Source of the DNA: an uncultured Dialister sp.
Lineage (GTDB): Bacteria > Bacillota > Negativicutes > Veillonellales > Dialisteraceae
Direction: 5' to 3'
Assembly: GCA_934193095.1 (NCBI GenBank)
Contig: CAKPUX010000002.1
Span: 17,863 to 81,862 of the forward strand
Length of the DNA: 64,000 nt
Below are positions 1 through 9,233 of the stretch, one piece after another; the stretch's first letter is position 1; each line of letters begins with the position of its first letter. The position numbers and the translations under genes were made by a program. The notes under the pieces were generated by a model. It did not search any database and had not been told where the DNA came from. It saw only the letters and a program-made list of their open reading frames with translations.

Positions 1-59
1 AATATGAAATAAAGTGAAAACAGCGCAGGTCATATCGAGCTTCATGTATGACTTCATAG

Positions 60-400
60 GGGGCAGCCGGATCTGAAGGCTCAATGGGTTCCATGACGGT
101 GATGTACGAATGCCTTTTTCCCTCCTTCCTTTGGAAGGAGGTGGCGCGAAGCGCCGGAGGTTGGCTTCTACGCTCTTCTGGCAGAACGGAATCAATGAAT
201 TTCTTCAGGCGGTACGTTTTCTGGATGATCATGGGATAGGGCTATGACGCAGAAGACCATGCGACTATTGCATTTACTCCCCGGGACGATGCAGGGAGAG
301 CACTTGTGACTTTCCCCTCCCAAGTGCTTCCTGCCTCGTCCCCTATGTAGAGCTTTCCCCTCTACATATCACTCCTTTTTCTCCTCTCTCTTTTTTCTTG
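60..400. repeat. Intergenic mosaic repeat and palindrome block at the window edge
   Basis: Contains ggaggtggcgcgaagcgccggaggttgg (GCGC-cored hairpin), which recurs at 30780-30810, plus imperfect palindromes at about 283-345 and 344-372. No credible ORF. Confidence 0.5.
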
Positions 401-404
401 AGAA

Positions 405-446
405 GCACCATACCGATGTCATTTTGGCATCGGTATGGTGCTTTTT
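405..446 (+). terminator. Rho-independent terminator
   Basis: Perfect 14-bp stem gcaccataccgatg / catcggtatggtgc followed by TTTTT. Confidence 0.8.
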
Positions 447-476
447 AATGAATTTATAAAATTCCAAAAATATTTC

Positions 477-505
477 TTGACTGTATGACTATCATACAGA
501 GTACC
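477..505 (+). promoter_or_regulatory. Promoter (-35 TTGACT) with palindromic Fur-box-like operator in the spacer, copy 1
   Basis: TTGACT at 477-482 is followed immediately by palindrome GTATGActaTCATAC (483-497). The same architecture occurs at 8920-8948 and 13895-13925. The -10 hexamer is not clear by eye. Confidence 0.55.
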
Positions 506-782
506 ATGCATGTAAATCATAAAAGGAAACGAATGGGGAATACTGGTGAGAATCCAGAGCTGTCCTGCAACCGTATGGGGAAAAGAAGCAGTGTTACGTC
601 TCTCACAAAGAGCTGCTTCTTTGAGGAACTCAGTCGGAGTGCCATGAAATTTCTTATATCCTATGAAAGTAAGCTGTAAATTTTACTTTTATATCAAAGA
701 CCTGCGAGGTATGGGTTGGATATCTTTTGCCGTTTTTAGCGTGCCAAAAGGATAGTCCAATGCATACCTGGCAGTTTTTTTT
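505..782 (+). promoter_or_regulatory. Cobalamin (B12) riboswitch-like leader with intrinsic terminator, copy 1
   Basis: Core GGGGAATACTGGTGAGAATCCAGAGCTGTCCTGCAACCGTATGGGGA (534-582) matches the cobalamin aptamer consensus as I recall it (GGGAA..GGTG.GAA.CC....C.G..C.GC.AC.GTA). A 10-bp hairpin lies at 582-591/613-622. A B12-box-like AGTCGGAGTGCC lies at 632-643. A long hairpin 702-730/745-774 is followed by T8 (775-782). Confidence 0.7.
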
Positions 783-883
783 ATTTTCTTGAGATACGAA
801 ACATAGAGTTCATTGGAAGTAAGGATCACACCGATTCGGATAATGACTGCAAAGCGTGTCTCGGCCAGAAAGGAGAAAGGAAA

Positions 884-3800
884 ATGCAAAGAAAGTGGGT
901 AAAACGGATGGTATTGGCGACCCTGTTTTTGGGAGGGGGCGCATTATTTCCTGCCGGGCAGCAGGCGCTGGCACAGGATGAGGCGGCTACTACAGGCCGT
1001 TCCTATGCGGTTCTGATGGGAGACGAGGATGTGACGCTGAGCGGCTATAAAACATCCAATGTCTATCTTTGGAAGCATGAGAAGGAAGCTCCGGATCAGT
1101 TGATCGGCGGGTCGGTGAAGGTATCCAGTGCCGGCTTACAGAATTCAGGTGACAAGGCAAGGATCACACTGGTCACCGACAGTGATGGGTTAGATCTGTC
1201 CAATGACGCCCAGGTGAAACAGGTGCTGGGGGCTCTGGCAGATAAATTGACATACACCGCATATACCAGGGGCGAAAAAAATCTGGAAGGCACCGCAGAA
1301 ATTTATGAAGGCTTGACCTTTGCTTCCGCTTCCAAGAAATTGTCTGCTTTGGATTTTGATGAAACTACGGGCAAGGCACAGCTGGCTGGAGAGGTCAAGA
1401 CCCCGTATTCCGGTGTCTTAGGTGTCGATGATGAATATGAAAAACGAGGCATCAAACAGGCCGATGGGACGTATCGCTTCCAGGAAGATGCGGTGATTCA
1501 CCCCGGCTTTAATATCACAAAGGATGATAATTACCTGAGAGATTTTGCCTCTGTGATGATTGGCAAAGATACCACCATTGATATGACAGGTCATAATCTG
1601 GATGTCATCATGCATGGCACGATTTATAATGGCGGCGGTTTTACCAATCGTGCGGCAGCTTTGTATGTACCGGGAAATGCGACCTTAACCATTAACAATC
1701 CGGGACAGATCCGTCTGGATACGGACTCTGACTATTATTACTATGCCGATATTGGTGCCATGAAGGAAGACAGCCATGTGGTCATTCATAATGATGACGA
1801 TCCAGCCCATGCCGTAGTGATGCGCGTCACTACCCCACTTAAAGGATATGAAATGAATGTGACTGCGCTGAAAACATTTGCAGGGACCATTGATATTGAC
1901 GGATTGGTCGATATTTATACCAATGGAGGATGGGCGACCAATGCAGCCAGTGGACGGATTTCTATTGGTGGCGGTTCTATTGTGACGCAGGCCTATAGTA
2001 GTGTCACCGCTCGAAGCGGGGGCGTGATGAACGTCAATGTATCGGGGTCTGTAGAAAAGGGATTGACGCCAGGAAATCATACGGTCAATATCACGGCGAA
2101 AGGAGCCACTTCTTGGGATAAAAATAGTTATGCTGCCTTGGCTTCTATGGGAGCCTGGGTAGGTGCAGACACCAATGCTACAGTAAATGCGGCATTGACG
2201 ACGGCAGATTCTACTTTGTGCGGGACAATCAAAGAAGCGGCTGGTACTCGTGATGAAGATACAACTGGTGTTCGTCTTTTCCTGCAGAATGGTGCACAAT
2301 GGACCAATAAGGGATCTTCTTCGATGCGTCATTTGTATGGCGGAAAAGATGCGGCGCATGCTGGGTATATCGATATGTCAAAGCCGGCAAACTCCAACGT
2401 CAATTCTGATCTGACGATTGCCAATTACACCGGAAATACAGTGATTTATTATAGCCAGGAAAGAGGAAGAAAAATCCAGGGAGGAAATATTCACATCGGT
2501 CATGCCGAGATGACAGATGGAAAGAAAGCCTCCATTACGATTCGTACCGATAGCAAGGGAATCAGCCAAAGCAAATTAACCAATGAAAGTTTCATGAGGA
2601 ATATGCTGAATACATTGGCTAATAAATTGTACTATGCGGCTTATGCGGAGGGGGAAAACAATCTGAAAGGAATAGTACAAATTGCTGAAGGGTTGACCAG
2701 CCAGAGTGTTTCAAGGGAAGAAGAGATTCACTTTACCAAAGGCGGCAGTGGCTATGTGGAAGGCTTTAATCAGAAACAGACCGATTTTACCACGGCTTTG
2801 ACTTGGGATATGACCAAAGATGTTGATTATGTAAATGCTAATGTACTGCGGGAAAAGGATAAAGCGACGTTTACAGAAGACACAAGTATCACCGTCAATG
2901 ATGAAGCTGCTATGCAGGCAAAAGGGGGGGATTTCGTAAAGATTGATGCCAAGCAAATCAATTTTAATTTGAAGGCAGCAGGTATTCAGGGTAAGGGAAT
3001 TGAAGTAACTGGTGAAGGCACGGAGTTTGATTTGAATAATCCAGGAGACGTTGAAATTGATGCGTCGACAGGTATAGTGACAGATGGTTCAAGGGCGGAC
3101 TTTGAGTTTAGTGGGGATAACTCTAATATTACCTTGCATCATGCAAAGACTGGTATACTAGCAACAAATAAATCTAATATTCTTATCAAGAATAAATTGG
3201 GTACTACTACCATAAATAATGAAAATACCGATGATTCTACTTTTGTTGGGGTGCAAACTCAAAATGGGGGATCTATTATAATAGCCGGACGGGCGAATAT
3301 AGACGCTGGCGCAGGGACTGCGTTAGCTGCGTTAGGAGGACGTATTGATGTCAATCATGGCGCTACGATTCAAACAAATGGAAGTACAGCGCTGGTAGCA
3401 GGTAATGGTAGCAGAATTTCTATCGCATCTTATAACTTTAACAAGCCAGCAGATATTTCTATTGATGCAGGAGATGGTTTTGCTATCGATGCTAGTGATG
3501 GCGGTTTTACCATTGGTAGTCAATCTGGTAGTCTTCGAACAACTAACGGTACAGTAAATATAAAAGGACATATCAAACTAGGGAAAGGCTATGGCACTTT
3601 AAATCTGACTAAAGAAAATTCCATTTGGACGGGTACGGCTGTGGATGGTACTGATGATGGTAGCGGGGTATTGCATCTCGCTATGGAACCGGATGCAGTT
3701 TGGAATCATGTAGATAAGGATGGTGATGCCGGGAGTGAAGTGAAGGTAGAGTTAGAAGGTGCAAGGTATATCGGATCTTCTGATGATCAGATTACCGTTT

Positions 3801-6800
3801 TGCAAAATAGTAAAAAGGGCATCCATTTTAAGGAGATTAGTCAAGTAGATGGCACGCTCAGACTTGTATTTGCCCATGAGGCAGATTCTCCGACTTCTAT
3901 CAAAGGTGGAAATATCACTATTGATACGGTAAGTACCCGGTATGTGGGTGGTACCGCTAAAGTTTTGGCTGTAACCGATAGTGATGGCATCAATATGTCT
4001 GACGATACCATGGTGGGAAATGTATTAAAGGCGTTAGCCAAGAAGATCACCTATACCCATCCGGAAGAAGCTAAATTAGTCGGGAAAGTAGGGATAGCAG
4101 ATGGCTTGACCGCCAAGAGTGCTATGCTGACAGAAGGGTTTATTCGCTTTGACCCGGATACGGGGGTAGGCAGCTATACACCACAAATGGTGGATACGTT
4201 TACCCGCTCCATGACGGGTGATGAGGCCTACGACAAGATTTATACGGATCAGGGGGTTCGCCAGAGCCAGTTCCTGTATTCCCTCGGGAAAGATACCACC
4301 ATCACCGCCGATAAATCCATGGATTGGAAAGTCAACAGTAATAGTAATGTTGTGCAGATTGTGGGACAGGGACATACGCTGCATCTGGATGCTGAAACCG
4401 CAGGTATTTATATCGGGAATGAAGAGAAAGATACTTCAAAACGTACTCAGCTGGAATTTACAGAAATGCCAGACCTGAATATAACAGCTGGTACAAATGG
4501 TAGTGGGATCCTGGTGAAAAACAGTAGTGCGAACATTGATCTAAAAGATAGCAGAATGCATATAGCAAGTAAAGATGGTGCAAAAGGTTTTGTCGGGATC
4601 AAAGTCGTAGAAGATCGTGATGTGGGAGATACAAAGGCAGGAGATACCAGTTTAAGTGTAGATGGCACTCTGGATATAGAAACGCCAGAAGGAATCGCTC
4701 TTTGGCTCGATGGAGGGAAAGGCTTAAGTCTTCTTAGTCCTGCTAATGTGATTCATGCAGAGGGCGGTACGCTGCTCAAAGTGACTAAGAGTCAGAACAA
4801 TAGTCAAGTTTCCATCAACGGTAAACAGTTAGTCGGAGACCTGGATCTTTTGGGAGCTACTGGCGGTACATATCGGATCACTTTAAATAACGGTGCTACC
4901 TGGACAGGCGGTATTGTTAACGACGTAGCGAAATCTGGCGCAGTTAGTCTTGATCTTTGGAACGATCAGTACAATATCACACCTACCGTATGGACTTATC
5001 AGTGGGAACAGAAAGATAAAGCACAGGATAGCTATATTCACACGGTGGAAGGATGGGCTCCTGGTATCGCTGAAAGTGCTATCTACATGAAAGCGGACAC
5101 AAACTTGACTATCGGCATGCTAAAACGGGGAATCCGAATCCTCTACGATCATGATGCTTCAAATCCAACGCAAATCCTTGGCGGAAATGTAACCATCAAA
5201 GAAGCAAAGAAAGTCGATCCGCAGACCACCCTTTATGTACGGACGGACAGTGATGGGATCAACATGGCAGATGAAACGCAGGTATCCGGTGTACTAAATG
5301 CCCTGGCTCAGAAAATCTACTACAAAGGAACGCCAGAAAACCTGGATAGCTATGCGGAAATCGCAGAAGGCCTGACTTCCGCTTCTGTGCTGAAAACAGG
5401 AAAATTTACCTATGACGAAACAACATATCAGGGTCATTTCTCTGGAGCGATCGAGACGCCTGGTCAGGATGGTACGTTATTTGTTACGCCTTTGTATGCC
5501 CCAAAAAGCTCTGGAAAGGATGAAAATAATACGGCCTATGCCAATGCAGGTGTCCAGCAGGATGGCAAGTACTTCATTTTCCGTAAGGATTCCAGGCTTC
5601 AGATTTCGCAGAGCGGGGAAATGCCTTACACCAGTGCTATCGATGCTTCCAATGACACTGGGGGATATGCAGCCATCAAGATGGACTTGACAGATCATCA
5701 GCTGGATGTACATATCGACGGTGGAGAAGAGGGTCTCAATGAAGCTGTAGCAGGGATCAAAGGGGTTGGCTGGAATGTGTCTGCCCAGAATGGTACCCTT
5801 CATATAGAGGCATCCAATGCCAAGGGGGATGCCATCGGTGTACAGACGGCTGGAAAATCGGAAACTTCTTCCATTATCGATTTGAAAACATTGACTCATA
5901 TTGATGCAAAGACTGGTTTCGACGTGACGGGTGGTACGGTCCGCGTCAATGCAGGAACTATTCATGCGGATACTCTGGGCAGAGTCGGTGCGAATGGCAT
6001 CCTGTCTATCGGAAATACGGGAGATGCGTCTGCCGTATGGACGGGCGACATGTCTCAGAGCGATGGACAGCTGGATATGAACCTGGATGGGGAAGATTCT
6101 ATCTGGACAGGCGCTATGGACTGGACCGGCGGCTCGAACAGCCTGATGCTTACGAATGGAGCGACCTGGAAAAATACCGGGGATTCCCATGTGGGACAGC
6201 TCGTCAGCGGCATTACGAGAAGTGTCGGCGGCGTGATTGACATGACCGGAGATTCTGGAAATATCCAGCTCGATAAGTTCAGCGGAAATGCTTCTATCCT
6301 GTACAAGCATGATGCCAATGACCTGACGAAGGTGTATGGCGGCGATGTGACTGTCACCAGCGCAGAGGCCGGCTCTCGGATCACATTGATCACGGATCGG
6401 GATGGTATCAGCGATGATGGACTTCGTGAAAAGGAAACGGTAAGCTCCCTTTTCCAGGCGATGGCAAACAAGCTGTACTACACCAATTATCAGACAGAGG
6501 GCAATCTCACCGGCATTCTCCAGATTTCGGAAGGGCTGACGGCGAGAGCGGCTTCCAAGGTCACCGGGGCTATGGAATTTGCCGGAGAAAATGGACAGGG
6601 GCAGTATAAAGCGGATAGCGCTTCCCCGTCGATTTATCCGAAAGACCAGCAGAAGGAAACCTTTACGACGGTCATGACAGGTAATGAGAGCACGGATAGC
6701 GAGTACCTCGATGGCGGTGTCATGAAGGTCGGGAATCCTTCGGATATCCGTTATGAATTCACCAAGGATAAGACCGCTGTAGAATTGGCTACGGCTTCTG

Positions 6801-8698
6801 ATACGGCGATCCAGGCGAAAGATACGAAGTATTCCATCGATATGAATGGCCATGATCTGACCATCAAAAACGAAGGGAATGCAGGTATCACCGTAGATGG
6901 CAAAGCCTTGACTTTCCGCAACGGAAAGACCACGGAGCTTACGGCGGACAAGGTCGGTATCGAAGCGAAGAACGGCGGCAATTTCAGTACCTATAACGGC
7001 GGCGTGTGGAATATCAGCGCCGATACAGCGGCGAAGGCCGATGGGGCAGGCAGTTCTATTTCCTTAGGCGCCGGTAAGGTCCAGAGCACCACGCTGGCAG
7101 AAGCTTCGAACGGCGGTACTATTGAGTTCGTTGTACCGAATGACAAGACAGCGACGGAATATGTGGGGGATGTGAAGGTCAATGACGCGGACAGTAAGGT
7201 AAGATTAGGCATTGCTACCGAAGGCTCTACCTGGACAGGCGGTCTGACCAATCATGGCGGCACCTTTGAAATGGGGCTGCAGAATGGCGGCGTATGGAAC
7301 AACACGGGAAAAGAAGAAGCCAATATTTCCCTGCTGGATGCAACGGACACCGGAAATGGCGTGATCTTCCAGAACAAGGACAGCGGCGGTATTACGGTAG
7401 ACCAGTTCCGTGGTCATGCAACGGTGCTGTATAGTCATAATGCAGCAGATCCGACCGATATTCTGGGCGGTGATGTGACGGTCAAGAAGGCCGCCGGCAA
7501 TAGCTTCCTGACCCTGCGGACTGATCGCAGCGGCATCAATATGGGCGATTATCATGGCGTAGAGAATGTGCTCGATGCGCTGGCCAAGAAACTCACCTAT
7601 ACGGATGCGGTCAATGGTGCGACCAACCTGAATGGCCGGGTAGAAATCGCAGAGGGGCTCACGGCTGCGAGCGCTGCTAAACAGTATGGTACGATCGATT
7701 TCAATAAGACCACGGGACAGGGTAGCTATAAAAAGAACAGCATGACGCCAGGCGAGGCGGATCCGGATATCATCTGGGGCAGCTCGGAAACCATGATGAT
7801 GCGTGGTGCGAAGAATGCCATGAATACGTCTATGTTGTCCTGGAGAAGCAATGTTTCCGATATGACGACTCGTATGGGAGATCTCCACTATGGCGTGGAT
7901 GATGGGATCTGGGCAAGAACCTTCGGTGGAAAGATCAAGTACGATAAAGGAACCTCTTCCTTCAGCAATAGCTTCTGGGGCGCGCAGGTCGGTGCGGATA
8001 AGCTCTTCAAGAATGGCTGGCATTTTGGCGGTGCTTTCGACTACAGCAAGGGAAGTGCCAAGTATGAAATGGGCGGCGAAGGGGATCCCAAACTCTACAC
8101 CTTCTCGCTCTATGGCACGAAGCTTTTCGAGGATGGTCAGTATGTAGATATCGCTGTCAAGGCAGGTCACACGACAAACAGCTATACCGTATACAATGAT
8201 ATGGGACATAAGCTGGATGGGGACTACAGTGCTAATGGCTTCGGCATTTCTGCGGAATACGGAAAACGGTTTGGCGGGGCCGATGGCTTTGTGGAACCAC
8301 AGCTGCAGCTGACGCTTTCCCGCCTTGGAAGTGCAGACTATGATGGCATCAGTGACTATACCGGCGGAAAGAAAATGCACGTCAGCCAGGACGGCATGAC
8401 CAGCTTCATCGGCCGTCTGGGTGTAGCCGCAGGAAAAACAACGGAACGCGGTAATTTCTATCTGAAGGCAGGCTTGCTCCATGAATTCAGCGGAAAAACA
8501 AGCACGACATTCAGCGCAGAAAATGAACCGACCTCTACCGTGGATCAGGACTTTGGTGATACCTGGGCAGAATTGACTCTGGGCGGTACCTATAGACTGT
8601 CTCCTTCGAGCATGCTTTATGGTGATATTACCAAGAGCTTTGGTGGAGATTACAAGGTACAGTGGAAGGCCAATGTGGGTGTCCGCTTCACCTTCTGA
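884..8698 (+). CDS. Giant classical (type Va) autotransporter, 2604 aa
   Basis: RBS aaaggagaaagg lies upstream. Signal peptide MQRKWVKRMVLATLFLGGGALFPAGQQALA/QDE. The C-terminal ~300 aa have autotransporter linker and barrel hallmarks (MMRGAKNAMNTSMLSWRSN..RMGDL, GIWARTFGGK, FWGAQVGADK, terminal VGVRFTF). The passenger is built from six super-repeats. Confidence 0.9.
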   Translation: MQRKWVKRMVLATLFLGGGALFPAGQQALAQDEAATTGRSYAVLMGDEDVTLSGYKTSNVYLWKHEKEAPDQLIGGSVKVSSAGLQNSGDKARITLVTDSDGLDLSNDAQVKQVLGALADKLTYTAYTRGEKNLEGTAEIYEGLTFASASKKLSALDFDETTGKAQLAGEVKTPYSGVLGVDDEYEKRGIKQADGTYRFQEDAVIHPGFNITKDDNYLRDFASVMIGKDTTIDMTGHNLDVIMHGTIYNGGGFTNRAAALYVPGNATLTINNPGQIRLDTDSDYYYYADIGAMKEDSHVVIHNDDDPAHAVVMRVTTPLKGYEMNVTALKTFAGTIDIDGLVDIYTNGGWATNAASGRISIGGGSIVTQAYSSVTARSGGVMNVNVSGSVEKGLTPGNHTVNITAKGATSWDKNSYAALASMGAWVGADTNATVNAALTTADSTLCGTIKEAAGTRDEDTTGVRLFLQNGAQWTNKGSSSMRHLYGGKDAAHAGYIDMSKPANSNVNSDLTIANYTGNTVIYYSQERGRKIQGGNIHIGHAEMTDGKKASITIRTDSKGISQSKLTNESFMRNMLNTLANKLYYAAYAEGENNLKGIVQIAEGLTSQSVSREEEIHFTKGGSGYVEGFNQKQTDFTTALTWDMTKDVDYVNANVLREKDKATFTEDTSITVNDEAAMQAKGGDFVKIDAKQINFNLKAAGIQGKGIEVTGEGTEFDLNNPGDVEIDASTGIVTDGSRADFEFSGDNSNITLHHAKTGILATNKSNILIKNKLGTTTINNENTDDSTFVGVQTQNGGSIIIAGRANIDAGAGTALAALGGRIDVNHGATIQTNGSTALVAGNGSRISIASYNFNKPADISIDAGDGFAIDASDGGFTIGSQSGSLRTTNGTVNIKGHIKLGKGYGTLNLTKENSIWTGTAVDGTDDGSGVLHLAMEPDAVWNHVDKDGDAGSEVKVELEGARYIGSSDDQITVLQNSKKGIHFKEISQVDGTLRLVFAHEADSPTSIKGGNITIDTVSTRYVGGTAKVLAVTDSDGINMSDDTMVGNVLKALAKKITYTHPEEAKLVGKVGIADGLTAKSAMLTEGFIRFDPDTGVGSYTPQMVDTFTRSMTGDEAYDKIYTDQGVRQSQFLYSLGKDTTITADKSMDWKVNSNSNVVQIVGQGHTLHLDAETAGIYIGNEEKDTSKRTQLEFTEMPDLNITAGTNGSGILVKNSSANIDLKDSRMHIASKDGAKGFVGIKVVEDRDVGDTKAGDTSLSVDGTLDIETPEGIALWLDGGKGLSLLSPANVIHAEGGTLLKVTKSQNNSQVSINGKQLVGDLDLLGATGGTYRITLNNGATWTGGIVNDVAKSGAVSLDLWNDQYNITPTVWTYQWEQKDKAQDSYIHTVEGWAPGIAESAIYMKADTNLTIGMLKRGIRILYDHDASNPTQILGGNVTIKEAKKVDPQTTLYVRTDSDGINMADETQVSGVLNALAQKIYYKGTPENLDSYAEIAEGLTSASVLKTGKFTYDETTYQGHFSGAIETPGQDGTLFVTPLYAPKSSGKDENNTAYANAGVQQDGKYFIFRKDSRLQISQSGEMPYTSAIDASNDTGGYAAIKMDLTDHQLDVHIDGGEEGLNEAVAGIKGVGWNVSAQNGTLHIEASNAKGDAIGVQTAGKSETSSIIDLKTLTHIDAKTGFDVTGGTVRVNAGTIHADTLGRVGANGILSIGNTGDASAVWTGDMSQSDGQLDMNLDGEDSIWTGAMDWTGGSNSLMLTNGATWKNTGDSHVGQLVSGITRSVGGVIDMTGDSGNIQLDKFSGNASILYKHDANDLTKVYGGDVTVTSAEAGSRITLITDRDGISDDGLREKETVSSLFQAMANKLYYTNYQTEGNLTGILQISEGLTARAASKVTGAMEFAGENGQGQYKADSASPSIYPKDQQKETFTTVMTGNESTDSEYLDGGVMKVGNPSDIRYEFTKDKTAVELATASDTAIQAKDTKYSIDMNGHDLTIKNEGNAGITVDGKALTFRNGKTTELTADKVGIEAKNGGNFSTYNGGVWNISADTAAKADGAGSSISLGAGKVQSTTLAEASNGGTIEFVVPNDKTATEYVGDVKVNDADSKVRLGIATEGSTWTGGLTNHGGTFEMGLQNGGVWNNTGKEEANISLLDATDTGNGVIFQNKDSGGITVDQFRGHATVLYSHNAADPTDILGGDVTVKKAAGNSFLTLRTDRSGINMGDYHGVENVLDALAKKLTYTDAVNGATNLNGRVEIAEGLTAASAAKQYGTIDFNKTTGQGSYKKNSMTPGEADPDIIWGSSETMMMRGAKNAMNTSMLSWRSNVSDMTTRMGDLHYGVDDGIWARTFGGKIKYDKGTSSFSNSFWGAQVGADKLFKNGWHFGGAFDYSKGSAKYEMGGEGDPKLYTFSLYGTKLFEDGQYVDIAVKAGHTTNSYTVYNDMGHKLDGDYSANGFGISAEYGKRFGGADGFVEPQLQLTLSRLGSADYDGISDYTGGKKMHVSQDGMTSFIGRLGVAAGKTTERGNFYLKAGLLHEFSGKTSTTFSAENEPTSTVDQDFGDTWAELTLGGTYRLSPSSMLYGDITKSFGGDYKVQWKANVGVRFTF

Positions 8699-8730
8699 TG
8701 CTTTTGATTTCGATAGCTCATCTCTGATCG

Positions 8731-8781
8731 TATAACAAAAAACTCGTGAATCGTAATGAGATTCACGAGTTTTTTGTTATA
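8731..8781. terminator. Bidirectional rho-independent terminator
   Basis: Palindrome TATAACAAAAAACTCGTGAATC ... GATTCACGAGTTTTTTGTTATA, 33 nt after the autotransporter stop. Confidence 0.85.
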
Positions 8782-8919
8782 TTAAGTTGCATTAGTTGTT
8801 GGAATCAAATAACCAGCAACTTACAACAATCAACAATTACTCATCCGCTATCTTATCAGTTGAAAAAGTGAATGAGAAGCTACTGCATTAAAGATTTTCA
8901 AATGTTTTTAATTTTCTCC

Positions 8920-8948
8920 TTGACTGTATGATAATCATACGGAATATC
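8920..8948 (+). promoter_or_regulatory. Promoter (-35 TTGACT) with Fur-box-like operator, copy 2
   Basis: TTGACT at 8920-8925 followed by GTATGATAATCATAC (8926-8940). The core ATGATAATCAT equals the centre of the classical 19-bp Fur box GATAATGATAATCATTATC. Confidence 0.6.
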
Positions 8949-8949
8949 A

Positions 8950-9200
8950 TTTCCTTAATGAAATGGTATGGGGAATGCTGGTGTAAATCCAGAACTGTCC
9001 TGCAACCGTATGGGGAGAAGGTTCATTGCACGTCTTTCACAAAGAAATGAATTCATCGAGGAACTAAGTCGGAGTGCCATGCTTTTTCGTAACTATCACA
9101 TCATGATGGTGTTCAAAGATCTGCGAGGTATGGGTCGGATAGAGTGATATTTCTTTTGTGATGCTCAAAATCCGGTCTATACTTGGCAGCTTTTTTATTT
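8950..9200 (+). promoter_or_regulatory. Cobalamin riboswitch-like leader with intrinsic terminator, copy 2
   Basis: GGGGAATGCTGGTGTAAATCCAGAACTGTCCTGCAACCGTATGGGGA, B12-box-like AGTCGGAGTGCC, and terminator arms 9121-9140 / 9170-9189 followed by a T-run (9191-9196). Relative to copy 1 the internal stem sequence differs while the loop ACGTCT.TCACAAAGA is conserved (covariation). Confidence 0.7.
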
Positions 9201-9233
9201 AATCAGTATATCTGAGAGAGGAGTGCGTGATTT

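Noticed and set aside
1-232. Open minus-strand frame from ATG 232 running off the left edge (MIIQKTYRLKKFIDSVLPEERRSQPPALRATSF..).
   Set aside because: It reads straight through a mosaic repeat module (ggaggtggcgcgaagcgccggagg) and gives repeat-type peptide words (MEPIEPSDP). It cannot be evaluated without upstream sequence, so it is not called.
485-679. 64-aa plus-strand ORF upstream of the first autotransporter.
   Set aside because: It coincides with the riboswitch-like aptamer, has no RBS, and its equivalent is not conserved as an ORF in the second leader copy.
2924-2930. G7 homopolymer tracts inside autotransporter genes (2924-2930 and 25623-25629; G6 at 16804-16809) as possible slipped-strand phase-variation switches.
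   Set aside because: One or two G7 runs are roughly what chance predicts in about 24 kb at this composition. There are no tracts in promoters or near starts and no strain comparison is available. This is insufficient evidence.
5477-8482. Long minus-strand ORFs inside the first autotransporter (5477..6853, 458 aa; 7205..8482, 425 aa; several shorter ones).
   Set aside because: They lie entirely antisense to a gene with signal peptide, repeats and translocator domain. Their translations are low-complexity (Arg/Ile/Cys-rich) with no RBS or motifs. This is a typical stop-poor antisense frame artefact.
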